Notes: generated by a model from the sequence alone, not told the origin. Positions 50,461 to 62,597 are shown, numbered from the whole stretch's first letter. The stretch: DNA of 62,597 nucleotides, filler included, from Chiloscyllium plagiosum (GCF_004010195.1; 3 parts of one record of this genome joined end to end with filler, not necessarily neighbours in it); one strand, 5' to 3'. Program-made: numbers and translations.

Positions 50461-51442
50461 TCTGAAATTAATTAAACATCACTGAACTGATGGGTGGTGT
50501 TTCCTTTAAGTTAGATAGATTACAACACAACATGTGACACTCTAGTCTAAGAGGTTTCCATCTTATTCTGTGTGCAACTACTCTGTTAGATAATTGGACA
50601 GCCAGCCAGTCAGTCAAACAGACAACTAGGTATATAATGTAATAGTAATATAAGTAAGCATATAACCCTGACTTTTATACACAAGTCTGAGATGTCATAT
50701 TAGAGTACACAGTTAGGTGTTAATAAACTTGAAGGTATTGGTATTGATTACAAAACAGAAATGGCATGAAAGCAGGAAAAGGCATACATGACGTCGCTCG
50801 ATGCTCCATTTTCCCAAGAATGCCACATTCAGGTTCTGCTGAGATATTTTGTCTCAATGACAAGCATAAAAAGAAAAGGAGAAATAAAGCCGCAACTTCT
50901 AAATCAGCAACAAAGAGAGAAAAGCCAAAAAAACCCTTCAAATCATTGCATTACAGATCCAGTGTACACTGGCAATGTTTAACTGCACAGTGAGGATGGA
51001 AACCGAATATCTGAACATGGATCGGCACTCCAGTCTTTCTGTCTGAAGTTCAGCTATTTGAAGGAAGAGTGAATTGTCACTTCATAGATCAACAGATGGA
51101 TGATAAAGGAACACAGGCAGCCCAACTTTTTATCGTTTTGGAAAAGAATGAATTGAGAAGAATAAAGATGACCACAAAGATCCATGTAGTGCTAGAACAG
51201 ATTCTACCAAAACATAAGACATATGGAAGATGCCTACTCCACAATACAAAAGTAACTTACAAAGAGGGCTTTAAATTAATTTGCAGTGGAGGGGTGAGGG
51301 TCCAGGAGGGTGAGAATGTAGGTATACAAAGCACATGGATATGGCAGCCTCTGCAGAACAACCATTTTGATAATGACACCCCACAGTGGGTGTGGAAGGG
51401 GTAAGTGCCTGTACAAGCATAAGAAAAGCAGCAAATAGAGAC

Positions 51443-51724
51443 ATAGAGATGTACAGCATGGAAACAGACCTTTCAGTCCAACCCATCCATGCCGACCAGA
51501 TATCCCAACCCAATCTGGTCCAACCTGCCAGCACCCGGCCCATATCCCTCCAAACCCTTCCTATTCATATACCCATCGAAATGCCTTTTAAATGTTGCAA
51601 TTGTACCAGTCTCCACCACTTCCTCTGGCAGCTCATTCCATACACGTACCATCCTCTGCGAACATCTTTCCGATAAGAAGGAGACCAGAACTGCATGCAA
51701 TATTCCAACAGTGGCCTAACCAAT
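51443..51724 (-). mobile_element. CR1 3' fragment
   Basis: SQRMVRVWNELPEEVVETGTIATFKRHFDGYM. Confidence 0.85.
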
Positions 51725-52439
51725 GCTATCTATCCCATTTTGTTACTCATCATATATTTCCTACTGCCCTAATCACAAGAGATACAAAATGAGTTTAATT
51801 CTTACTAATTACTTGAGGATTCATAGAATTAACTTTACATTAGAATTAATATTATGTAAAGTTTTATTGTAACACCTACTGTTCACATTCTTTAGCTAGT
51901 GAGTTGTGAGCAGTTACTTTCTCCCCGTGTTACACTTGCCTATCGCTTAAGGACCTTTTAAATTCGGAGATAGAGTTTACTATCCTTATTACTGGACATG
52001 CAAAAGGAATATTAATTTTTACTAATTATAATAAAAGTTATACTATCAGTTCCAATAAAGCTTTGTGGTGAGACCTAATATTAGAATTCATTAATTAATA
52101 ATCCTTATCACTTATCTTTGTTATTGTGGGATCATACTTTTTCTTTTTAATTAATGCTTGCTACAAACTTCAAACTGCCTGTTTTCTTATCAAATTATCT
52201 CCTACAGATCTCTGCAGCTGTTCTTTCTACAGAACTCTGTAAATTAATTTGTAAGATTCTTTGTTCAAAGTAGACCCTGTTATCTTGGGGTAACCCCTCA
52301 TTGTGCTAACTTATGACCTCAGTTTAAAGCTGGATCAGCCCAGCTATTTCTGTGACTGCAGTCACATTTATGGTGATGGGTGTCCGTATTGTGCCACTTC
52401 TGACCATGGATCACCCAGCAGTTAGTATGAGATGGAGTA

Positions 52440-53422
52440 AGTAAAATAGTAAGACATGACCTAGGATTGGATGATGTAGAATCCATGAAGCAGATTACCT
52501 CAGAGTACAACAGGATCTTGATCAGATGGGCCGAGGAGTGGCAGATGGAATCGAATTTAGATAAATGTGAAATTCTGCAGTTTGGAAAGGCAAATCAGGG
52601 AAGACTTATACATTTAATGGTAAGGTCCTAGGGACTGTTGCTGAACAAAGAGGCCTTGGAGAGCAGGTTCATAGATCTTTGAAAGTAGAGTTGCAGGTAG
52701 ATAGGATAGTGAAGGCATTTGGTATGCTTGCTTTTATTGGTCAGAGTATTGAGTATAAGAGTTGGGAGGTCATGTTGGCACTGTGCTGGATATTGGCTAG
52801 GCCCCTTTTAGAATACTGTGTGCAATTCTGGTCTCCCTGCTTTAGGGAGGATGTTGTGAAACTTGAAAGGGTTCAGAACAGATTTACAATGTTGTTGCCA
52901 GGGTTGGAGGATTTGAGCTACAGGGAGAGGCTGAATATGCTGGGGCTGTTTTCCCTGGAGTGTTGGAGGCTGAGGGGTGACCTTATAGAGGTTTATAAAA
53001 TCATGAGGGGTATGGATAGGATAAATAGGCAAGATGTTATCCCTAGGGTGGAGGGGCATAGGTTAAGGTGAAAGGGGAAAGATTTAAAAGGGACCTAAGG
53101 GGTAACCTTTTCATTCTGGATTAGTGGTGCTGGAAGAGCACGGCAGTTCAGGCAGCATCCGAGGAGCAGTAAAATCGACGTTTCGGACAAAAGCCCTTGC
53201 AGAGGGTGATGTGTGTATGGAATGAGCTGTCAGAGGAAGTGGTGGAGGCTGGTACAATTGCAACATTTAAAAGGCATCTGGATGGGTATATGAATAGGAA
53301 GAGTTTAAAGGGGTATGGGCCAAGTGCTGGCAAATGGGTCTAGATTTATTTAGGATATCAGGTTGGCATGGACGTATTGGACCGAAGGATCCATTTCCAT
53401 GCTGTACATCTCTATGACTCTA
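52440..53422 (+). mobile_element. CR1 3' part containing a truncated PLE family A piece (~53115-53198, -)
   Basis: ORF 52679-53071 RPLLEYCVQFWSP...LRGDLIEVYKIMRG; tail tctatgactctat. Confidence 0.88.
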
Positions 53423-53424
53423 TC

Positions 53425-56110
53425 AGTGGAGGTAAGACCTAAAGGGAAGAGCAAGATGGAAGTCATCTGTAAGCCCCCGAACAGTAGATGTTCTGTCAGA
53501 CAGGGGATAAGTCAGGGCATTATGAGGCTATGTGAAAAAGACAGCACATTGGTGACTTTAATAGTCATGGAGATTGGAGAAAATCAAATTGGCAAACATA
53601 TCTATGAGGAAGAAGTCATTGATTGTACACAGGACAGTTTCATGTTAATCCAACTAGGATCAGACCATTTTGGATCTGATATGTGTAATGAAGCAAGTTT
53701 AATAAATAATCTCAAAATACAAATTCCCCTGGGGAACAACGGTAATAATGTAGAAGAATTTAGAGTTCAGTTTGAGTCTGTGCTAAACTTAAAAACGGGT
53801 AAGACGAAAGTGAGGGCTGCAGGTACTGGAGGTCAAAGTCGAGAGTGTGGCGCTGGAAAAGCACAGCAGGTCAGGTAGCATCCGAGGGGCAGGAGAATCG
53901 ATATTCCTGATGAAGGGCTCTTGCCCAAAACGTCAATTCTCCTGCCCTTCGGATACTGCCTGACCTGCTGTGCTTTTCCAGTGCCACACTCCCGATTTAA
54001 ATATGGCTAATACAAAGGAAAGAGGCGGAACTGGCTGGAGTGGATTGGAAATGGTGTTTAGTAGAAAAGAAGTTTGAGGAACCTTAGCAGAGATTTTAAA
54101 GAAATTAATGACTCACAGTAAAGATATATCCCAGTGTGGAAGAATTCTAGAAAGGGGATAAAGGACTATGGATAACCAGGGAGGTTAAGGATGATATCAA
54201 ATTGAGAGGAAAAATATATAATGCAATAAAGATTATTGGTAATAAAGAAGATCGGAAAAACACTCCAAAAACGCTAAGTAATCTAGGAGTTAAAGGAGGG
54301 AGGAAATAATCACAGTAAGAATCACTAGATAAACATAATAGGGAAACTAACGGCTCTAAAGATCAACTTGGCCTCTGGATCTGATGGATTGTAAAAGAAG
54401 GAGCTGCAGGGATAATGGATGCAATGGCTTTAATCTTCCAAGAATCGTTAGGTTCTGGAAAAGTCCTAAAAGGTTGGAAAACTGCTAATGTAATTCTAAA
54501 AGGGAGACAAAAAAAATCTTGCCTGCCAGCTAGCTCAATAACTGTCATTGGGGGAAAAGGACGTGATAAGAGAATTTTAAAATGCTTAATATGATTAAGC
54601 AGAGTGTGTGGGGTTTCATGAACGGGAAATCATACCTGACAAATTTATTAGAATTCTTTGAGGGGTTAACGAGAAGAACATATAAAGGGGGAACCTGTGA
54701 GTAGAATATATTTGGATTTCCAAAAGCATTCAATAAAGTACCACACATAACGCTCATTAATAAAATAAAATAAAGCCTATTCATTGTGTTGGAGTAGCGT
54801 CTGAGCACAGATGGAGGATTAGCTAACTAATAGAGGATAGAGTTGGGATAAAGAGGATATTTTCAGGATGGCAACCTGCAACCAGTGGTGTGCCATAGGG
54901 ATCAGTGCTTGGACTACAATTATCTACAATAAATATATGTTAATGACTTAAATGAGGAAAGTGGATGTACTATTGCCAAAGTCAGACTACCCAATGAGTG
55001 AAACAAATTGCACTTTGAAAACATGCCCTTGAATCTTTGCAGGTTGACCTTGTAGTTATTGAGGTCCACTGTGAGAGGTTTTCCACGTTTGCGGATGACA
55101 CAAAAATAGCTGCGAAAGCAACTAGTGAGGATGACCCAGAGTCTACAGAGTGATATAGACAGGTTAGGCAAATCGATCAAAACTTAACAGATGGAATGTA
55201 ACATGAGAAAATGTGAAGCTATGCACTTTGACAGGAAGAATAGAGAAGCTGGACGTTACTTAATGAAGAAAGACTACAGAAGGCTACAGCAAGAGGGATT
55301 TGGGTGTCCTTGTTCATGAATCACAGAAAAAACTGCCATCTAAATCCAACTGGTAAAAGGAAAGATAAATGGATTTGTACCTTCATTTCAAAGAGAACAG
55401 AGGATTAAAAACAGTGAGGTTCTGCTAAAACTGTACAAAGCACTAGCCAAATCTCACCTGAAATCTTAGAAAGATATGCTGGCATTGGAATCAATCCAGA
55501 GAGGGGTGATTAGGTTGTTTCCAGTTATGTAAGGATTTTCTTATGGGGAGAAATTGAATAGTTTGGATCTTTATTATTGGAGTTCAAACAGATGAGAGAA
55601 GACTTTATTGAAACATGTAAGATTCTTAAAGGACCTGACAGGGTAGATGCTGGAATGTCTAGGATCAGAATACATCATTTCACAATGAGGAGTTGCCAAT
55701 TTTGGACAGACATTTCTCCTAATGGGTGGTAAATCTGTGGAACTCTTTGGCACACTGTTTGGAACAACTGTTGAGGCTGACTGTTAAATATATTCAAGGT
55801 TGAGCCAGACCAATTATCACTCAGTAAGAGTGTCAAGGGCTATGGGGAGAAGGCCATAGGTATGAAGATCCAAGAGTATGTTTTCAAAGTGCATTTTTTT
55901 TTCTCTCATTGGCTCAGGTGACTTTGGAACACACTGCCTCAGAGTGCAGTGGAGGTGGGGTCATTGAGTAAACTGAAGACAGAGATTTTTATTGGACAAG
56001 AAAATCAAAGGTTAACCAAATCAATGAAATTGAGTAATTCAAAACCAATAGATCAGCAATGATGATAGACTGGGCAGGAAGGGCTGAATAACTTACTTTT
56101 GCTCATATTT
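53425..56110 (+). mobile_element. Old decayed CR1 ORF2 pieces
   Basis: ggatttccaaaagcattcaataaagt (DFQKAFNK), ggtgtgccatagggatcagtg, tttgcggatgacaca (FADDT). Confidence 0.8.
53806..53996. mobile_element. PLE family A palindromic mini-insertion
   Basis: Inverted arms around CCTGATGAAGGGCTCTTGCCCAAAACGTC (G12 mutated); degenerate 17-bp TSD (53789-53805 / 53997-54013, 13/17 identical). Confidence 0.85.
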
Positions 56111-57558
56111 GTATGCTCCTGTCTTCATAAACTGTTCGGAGGAGGTTTAGTTTGATATCTGAAATGCACTTCCATTCAAAGGGAATGGAGGAGTAGTAGT
56201 GGTACAAGGCACCAGCCAAACCACACCTGAAATTCTGTAAACAGGTTTGGGCCCCTTATCTAAGGAAAAACATGCTGACATTAGAAGCAGTCCAAAGAAG
56301 TTTGCTGTTTGGCGTATGAGGAATACATGAACAGGATGGGCTTGTTTTTGTTGAAGCTAAGAGCAAAGGGTAATTTGATAACATTTATAAGATCCTGAAT
56401 GCTTTTAAGGGAGTGTGGAAAGGATTTTTCCTTTCCTCTTGTGGTTGAGTACAGAACTAGAGAATGCTTTTAAAGTTTGGATCACCCTTTTAGATCAGAG
56501 ACGACACATCCAATCTGCCATGTATGACTGATACTGGAACAATGATTCCAGATAGTGTTCCAGACATCTTTCGTACATGAAGCAGATCTGTCCACAATGA
56601 GATGCAGCATGCTACAGAATGAAACTACATAGCTGAGTCTTGGCATAGATGGACCAGATCCATTGTGTTATTATACATCCACCAAAGCATTATCTTAATG
56701 TATCAAGATAATGTGCCGATGTGTATCCTATTTATTTATCTGAATAGGTTTACTATTCCTCCAAAGGGAAGAATGGGAATGTATTATTTCACAGATCTCA
56801 GAAAGGCACAATATTTTTAAGACAGGGAGGTGAAATCATGGCATGTGAAATTCAAGTGGAAAAGGTCTCCATCTCACTTTCTGTACAGCCAGATGGTCAC
56901 CTATTATGCAGTTCAATTGTCAGGCATCTCTCTCCTTTAGAGAGAGATAATTGGTTATGTATAGTGTCAGGGTAACCACCTTATAATTTAATACTTATAA
57001 AGGTAAACAGCATATAACCCAGACTTAGACAACCTGTGACACAGTTTTAACATCCTACACCTGGGCCAGAACACAGTCCCCCTGTCCTGGAGGAGTGTTG
57101 TAACAGCATGTCCAAACAAGTTGATTGAAAATTATACAGACGTCATCTACTGTCTCAGATATCATAATAATAAGTATGGTTAGTTGCTAATAATCTTGTA
57201 GATATCTGTCTCAATAAGAACATGAATCTCTGTGATATATGCTGTACCATCTAACATATAGAAAGCTACATTACATCAGTGGGAGTTTTGAGTAATATAT
57301 TTAGTCTCTCTGTAAAAATTCCTGGAAAGTTTACACTTTGCTGAATGAGGTGAAACTGTTTTTAAGTGGATTACAAAGTGCACAATTAATGTTGACAGCT
57401 TCATTAATTTTGAAAAAACTAATTTTATATTTGTTAAATGTCTCACTTCTCCATGATGATGAAAATTCTGCATATTTAGAAAGTTTTTGTTAGCTTCTAC
57501 TTTGGCCCCGTATATGTCCCAACCTTCATTTCACTCACCGTAACATTATATTATCAAG

Positions 57559-57762
57559 GAGGAGAAAGTGAGGTCTGCAGATGCTGGAGATCAGAGCTGG
57601 AAATGTGTTGCTGGAAAAGCGCAGCAGGTCAGGCAGCATCCAGGGAACAGGAGAATCGACGTTTCAGGCATAAGCCTGAAGAAGGGCTTATGCCCGAAAC
57701 GTTGATTCTCCTGTTCCCTAGATGCTGCCTGACCTGCTGCGCTTTTCCAGCAACACATTTCC
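57559..57762. mobile_element. PLE family A palindromic mini-insertion
   Basis: Perfect 17-bp TSD AACATTATATTATCAAG (57542-57558 / 57763-57779); ~77-bp inverted arms; hammerhead core at 57676-57703. Confidence 0.93.
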
Positions 57763-58223
57763 AACATTATATTATCAAGCAAAGGGTAGTCATGTTTTTG
57801 GCTTTACAGTTTACTATCTGTGAGAATTTTTCAATCTGATTAGTTGTTTACACTGCTCGCTGGTGGTGGAAGCCTGAACTTTCCCTTGACATAGGGCTAG
57901 TTTCAAATAAATGGCCAGGAAATATGAAATCAACATCGCAATCTTTGTAGGCAGTTTTCTTAGATGCTGTCAATCTACTACTGACCACATAAATCTTTAT
58001 TTATAGGCCCAGTTTGAGAAATTCCTGAATTTGTGATAGTTAAAGATCAATATGATAAATATCTTCAAGAATCAACAATGTTACAAATGGTAGATTTTGT
58101 TAGATTGTTATGACTATTCCATTTGACAGAATGAGAGGCAATAAGTCTAAAATGCTTACAAAAAAACACCTAAATTATGAAGATAAGAACATTGCCTCAA
58201 AATGAAATTTCAGTTGTATAATG

Positions 58224-58320
58224 ATTTGGAAATGCCGATGATGAAGGAGCGTCGCTCCGAAAGCTAGTGTGCTTCCAATTAAACCTGTTGGACTATAACC
58301 TGGTGTTGTGTGATTTTTAA
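58224..58320 (+). mobile_element. PLE family B mini-insertion with an inverted tail tip
   Basis: 13-bp TSD CAGTTGTATAATG (58211-58223 / 58321-58333); atttggaaatgccg is the inverted tail, then TGATGAAGGAGCGTCGCTCCGAAAGCTAGTG. Confidence 0.9.
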
Positions 58321-58611
58321 CAGTTGTATAATGTAAGTGCTCCCAAAATGTAATTAGTTGCTTGAAAGGGAAGAATGTTAAATTCTATGTAGATTGATAA
58401 ACATTTGGCATTAGAATATCTTGTGAAGGCTCTATGGCTCTGTGACTCTATGGGCCAATTTCTGTGTGAATATTGCCTTGCTTATTGTGGGAAATAGATC
58501 AAATGAAAATGACTGAAGAGAAGATCCTGCCAACTAGCTGTCTGATGCATACCTGTCACAATTTTAGAGCTGGTCTTGAAACTGGCAACCAGAAAACCCA
58601 ATTGAGATCCC

Positions 58612-61090
58612 AACGATGATCATGGGGGACCTCAGTATGCATGTGGACTGGGTGAATAATGTTGCCGGTGGATCTAAAGAAAGGGAATTCATGGAATGCT
58701 TACAGGATGGCTTTTTGGAACAGATTGTGATGGAGTCCACAAGGGAGCAGGTTATTCTGGGCTTAGTGCGATATAATGAGCCAGACTTTATAAAAGATCT
58801 TAAAGTAAGGGAACACTTTGGAGAGAGCCATCATAACATAGTAGAGTTCAGTCTGCAGTTTGAAAGAGCGAAAGCAAAATCAGATGTGATGGTGTTCCAG
58901 TTAAGTAAAGGTAATTACAAGGGAGGAACTGAGGAAAATCAACTGGAAGCAGAGCCTAGAGGGGAAAACAGTCGAGCAACAATGGCAGGAGTTTCTGGGT
59001 GTAATGGAGGACACAGTACAGAGGTTCATCCGAAAGGAAAGAAAGATTATCCAGGGTGGGGGGATTAGACAGCCATGAGTGACAAAGGAAGTCGGGAAAG
59101 GTATCACAGAAAAAGAGAGAGCCTATAAAGTGGCCAAGAGCACTGGGAAATCAGAAGATTGGGAAGACTACAAAAACAAACAGACGATAACAAGGAGAGA
59201 AATAAGGAAGTAGCAGATCAAATATGAAGGTAAGCTAGCCAGTAATATTAGAAATGATAGTAAAAGTTTTTTTCAATACATAAGAAACAAACGAGAGACA
59301 AAAGTAGACATTGGGCCACTCCAAAGTGATGCTGGAAGGCTAGTGATGGGAGACAAGGAAATAGCTGAAGAACTTAATAAGTACTTTGTGTCAGTTTTCC
59401 CAGTGGAAGACATGAGTAATATCCCAACAAATTAAGGAGAGTCAGGGTGCAGAGTTGAGTATGGTAGCCACTACAAAAGAGAAAGTGCTAGAAAAGATAA
59501 AAGGTCGTAACATTGATAAATCTCCTGGCCCCGATGGGCTCCATCCTAGAGTTCTGAGGGAAGTGGCTAAGGAAATAGCGGAGGCGCTGACTGTGATCTT
59601 TCAAAACTCACTGGAGTCAGGGCAAATCCCATATGATTGGAAAAGTGCTGTTGGAACTCCCTTGTTCAAGGAAGGATCAAGACAAAAGATGGAAAATTAT
59701 AGGCCGATTAGCCTAACCTCGATTATAGATAAAATTCTAGAATGCATTGCGAAGGATGTGGTTTCTAAATTCTTGGAAGTGCAGGGTCGGATTAGAACAA
59801 GTCAGCATGGATTTAATAAGGGGAGGTTTTGCCTGACAAACCTGTTAGAATTCTTTGAAGAGGTAACAAGTAGGTTAGACCAAGGAAACCCAGTGGATGT
59901 TATTTACCTAGACTTCCAAAAGGCCTTTGATAAGGTGCCTCACGGGAGGCTGCTGAGTAAGGTGAGAGCCCATGGTGTTCGAGGTGAGCTACTGGCATGG
60001 ATTGAGGATTGGCTGTCTGACAGAAGGCAGAGAGTTGGGACAAAAGGTTCTTTTTCGGAATGGCAGCTGGTGACAAGTGGTGTCCCGCAGTGTTCAGTAT
60101 TGGGGCAGCAGCTGTTCACATTATATATTAATGATCTGGATGTAGGGACTGGGGCCATTCTGGTGAAGTTCACTGATGATCTGAAGTTAGGTGGACAGGC
60201 AGGTAATACTGAGGAGGTGGGGAGGCTGCAGAAAGATTTAGACAGTTTAGGAGAATGGTCCAGGAAATGGCTGATGAAATTCAATGTGAGCAAATGTGAG
60301 GTCCTGCACTTCAGAAAAAAGAATATAGGCAAGGACTACTTTCTAAATGGTGAGAAAATTCATAAAGTCAAAATACAAAGGGATCTGGGAGTGCTAGTCC
60401 AGGAGTCTCTAAAGGTTGACTTGTAGGTTGAGTCCATGGTTAAGAAAGCAAGTATAATGTTGTCATTTATCTCAAGAGGGTTGGCACATAAAAGCAGTGA
60501 TGTGTTTCAGAGACTTTATAAAGCTCTAGTTAGGCCCCATTTTGAATACTGGGTCCAGTTGTGGGCCCCACACCTCAGGAAAGACATACTGGCACTGGAG
60601 CGTGTCCAGGGGAGATTCACACGGATGATCCCTGGAATGGTCGGCCTAACATACGATGATCGGCTGAGGATCCTGGGATTGTGTTCATTAGAGTTTAGAA
60701 GGTTGAGAGGGGAATCTAATAGAAACTTACAAGGTAATGCATGGCTTAGAAAGGGTGGATGCTGGGAAGTTGTTTCCAACAGGTGGGGAGACTAGGACCC
60801 GTGGGCACAGCCTTAGAATTAGAGGGGTTCAATTTAAAAAGGAAATGAGGAGACATTTGTTCAGCCAGAAGTAGTGGGTCTGTGGAATTCATTGCCATGG
60901 AGTGCTGTGGAGGCCGGGACGTTAAATATCTTCAAGGCAGAGATAAATTCTTGATCTCGCAAGGAATTAAGGGATACGGGGAGAGTGCGGGTCAGTGGAA
61001 TTGAAACGCCTATTAACCATGCTTGAATGGTGGAGTGGACTCGATGGGCTGAATGGCCTTGTTTCCACTCTTATGTCTTATGGTCTTATG
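58612..61090 (+). mobile_element. CR1 LINE, 5'-truncated, disrupted ORF2
   Basis: ORF 59455-60426 with KSPGPDG, NYRPISL, DFQKAFD, GVPQCS and FTDD; tail (CTTATG)n. Confidence 0.93.
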
Positions 61091-62108
61091 ATAGTCTTCC
61101 CCTCTGACCTTTCCTTCATCATAAGGTCAGAAGTGGGGATGTTCAGTGATTTTTATATTCGTTCATTGGATGATGGCATCATTGGCTAGCCCAGCATTTA
61201 TCCCTCATCCAAGAGGGAAGTTAAGAATCAACCACATTGTTGTGGGTCTGGAGTCACATATAGGCCAGACCAGGTGAGGATGGCAGTTTCCTTTTCCCAA
61301 ACGATATCAGTGAACCAGATGGGCTTTTCCTAACAACCGACAATGGATTGATGGTCATCATTTGACTCTTAATTCCAGATTTTCATTGAAAAATACCAAT
61401 CACATCTCCTTACGCTCATGAGTGGCAAGTAACATTTGCACAACATAAAAGCCAGGCAATGACCATCTCCAATAAGAGACAATCTAACCACTGCTACTTG
61501 AAATTTAACAGTGTTGCCATCACTGAATCCCCTATTATCAACATCCTTGGGGATTACCATTGACTAGCAACTCACCTGGATTCGCCACATAAACACTGGC
61601 TGTCAGAGTAGTTCAGAGGCTAGGGATTCTGTGACAAGTAACGCACCACCTAACTCCTCAAAACCTGTCCACCATCTACAAGATACAAATCAAGAGTGTG
61701 ATACTCTCCACCTGCGTGGATGGGTGCAGCTCCAACAACACTCAAGAAACTTGATACCATCCAGGACAAAGATGTCTGCTTAATTGGCACCACATCCACA
61801 TCCATTCCCTATAGCACTGACGCTGAGTAGCAGCAGTGTGTATTATCTACAAGATGTATTCCGGAAATTCACTAAAGATCGTTGGACAGCACTATCGCAT
61901 GCATGAGCACTTGCACCTAGAAGGACAAGCGTAGCAGATACATGAGAATACCACCACCTGCAAGTTCCCATCCAAGTCGCTCATTGACCTGATTTGGAAT
62001 CATATTGCTGTTCTTTCGTTGTCGCTGGATTAAAATCATGGGATTTTCTCCCTAAGGGAATTGTGGGTCTACCTTTAGCATAAGGACTGCAGCGTTTCAG
62101 GAAGGCAA
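61091..62108 (+). mobile_element. L2/CR1-group LINE 3' part with a nested SINE (~61155-61390, -)
   Basis: DLSFIIRSEVGMFSD (RT motif remnant), then sequence colinear with 19960-20570. Confidence 0.8.
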
Positions 62109-62597
62109 ACAGCTAGCAAGTAGGCTAGCTGTTTGTCAGGATGTCCAAGAATGTAGGGAGGCTGTGAAGAAGGTAGCACTGACAGGGAATACTTGCGGAC
62201 ACATGAATGGGCTCAAGTGTGTATACTTCAACGCAAGGAGTATCAGAAATAAGGTGGGTGAACTTAAGGCGTGGATCGGTACCTGGGACTACGATGTTGT
62301 GGCCATCACGGAAACGTGGATAGAAGAGGGACAGGAATGGTTGTTGGAAGTTCCTGGTTACAGATGTTACAGTAGCATTAGGGAGGTTGGTAAAAATGGA
62401 GGGGGGTGGCGTTGCTAATTAGAAATAGTATAACGGCTGCAGAAAGGCAGTTCAAGGGGGATCTGCCTTTGGAGGTAGTATGGGCTGAAGTCAGAAATAG
62501 GAAAGGTGCAGTCACCTTGTTGGGTGTTTACTATAGCCCCCCCAATAGCAGCAGAGATGTGGAGAAACAGATGGGGAAACAGATTGTGGAAAGGTGC
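62109..62597 (+). mobile_element. CR1 LINE, start of ORF2 (APE domain), running off the window
   Basis: LKCVYFNARSIRNKVGELKAWIGTWDYDVVAITETW, closely related to the 20644 ORF. Confidence 0.92.

Noticed and set aside
50766..50993. Lys-rich 75-aa ORF
   Set aside because: A-rich low-complexity sequence with no convincing splice sites or recognisable homology
52323..52425. Cys-rich short frame LKLDQPSYFCDCSHIYGDGCPYC
   Set aside because: Weak acceptor, early stop and no recognisable domain
4851..53996. Apparent preference of PLE minis for inserting into CR1 copies
   Set aside because: CR1 occupies a large fraction of the window and the TSDs share no clear motif; chance is sufficient
57559..57762. 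Pre-miRNA or DNA-transposon MITE interpretation of the hairpins
   Set aside because: The arms are PLE pLTR sequence with variable-length TSDs and asymmetric ends

Overview
Eukaryotic, repeat-dense vertebrate DNA, most likely from a cartilaginous fish (shark), inferred from HE1/V-SINE copies and HER1-like CR1 LINEs. The only clear cellular gene is TRIM2 on the + strand. Six internal coding exons (1373-1610, 4425-4576, 16216-16396, 24158-24890, 30381-30484, 32841-33008) splice in frame through GT-AG introns and encode the end of the RING, the B-box, the coiled coil, the filamin domain and the first NHL repeats. The start of the gene and the later NHL exons are not visible. The introns are filled with CR1, L2/CR1-group, RTE and probable L1/Tx1 LINE remnants, tRNA-derived SINEs, a solo LTR, a Gypsy gag relic and a Harbinger Myb relic. 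The most notable signal is about 15 insertions from three sequence-distinct Penelope-like element (PLE) families. Most carry minimal hammerhead ribozyme motifs and many have 10-17 bp target-site duplications (TSDs). They repeatedly form tail-to-tail inverted structures in which one end has a ~35-nt tail and the other stops inside the loop of a stem closed by that tail. Several N gaps, two of them with an artificial TTAATTAATTAA linker, limit what can be seen. Repeat boundaries without a stated TSD are approximate, and family assignments come from motif recognition, not database searches.
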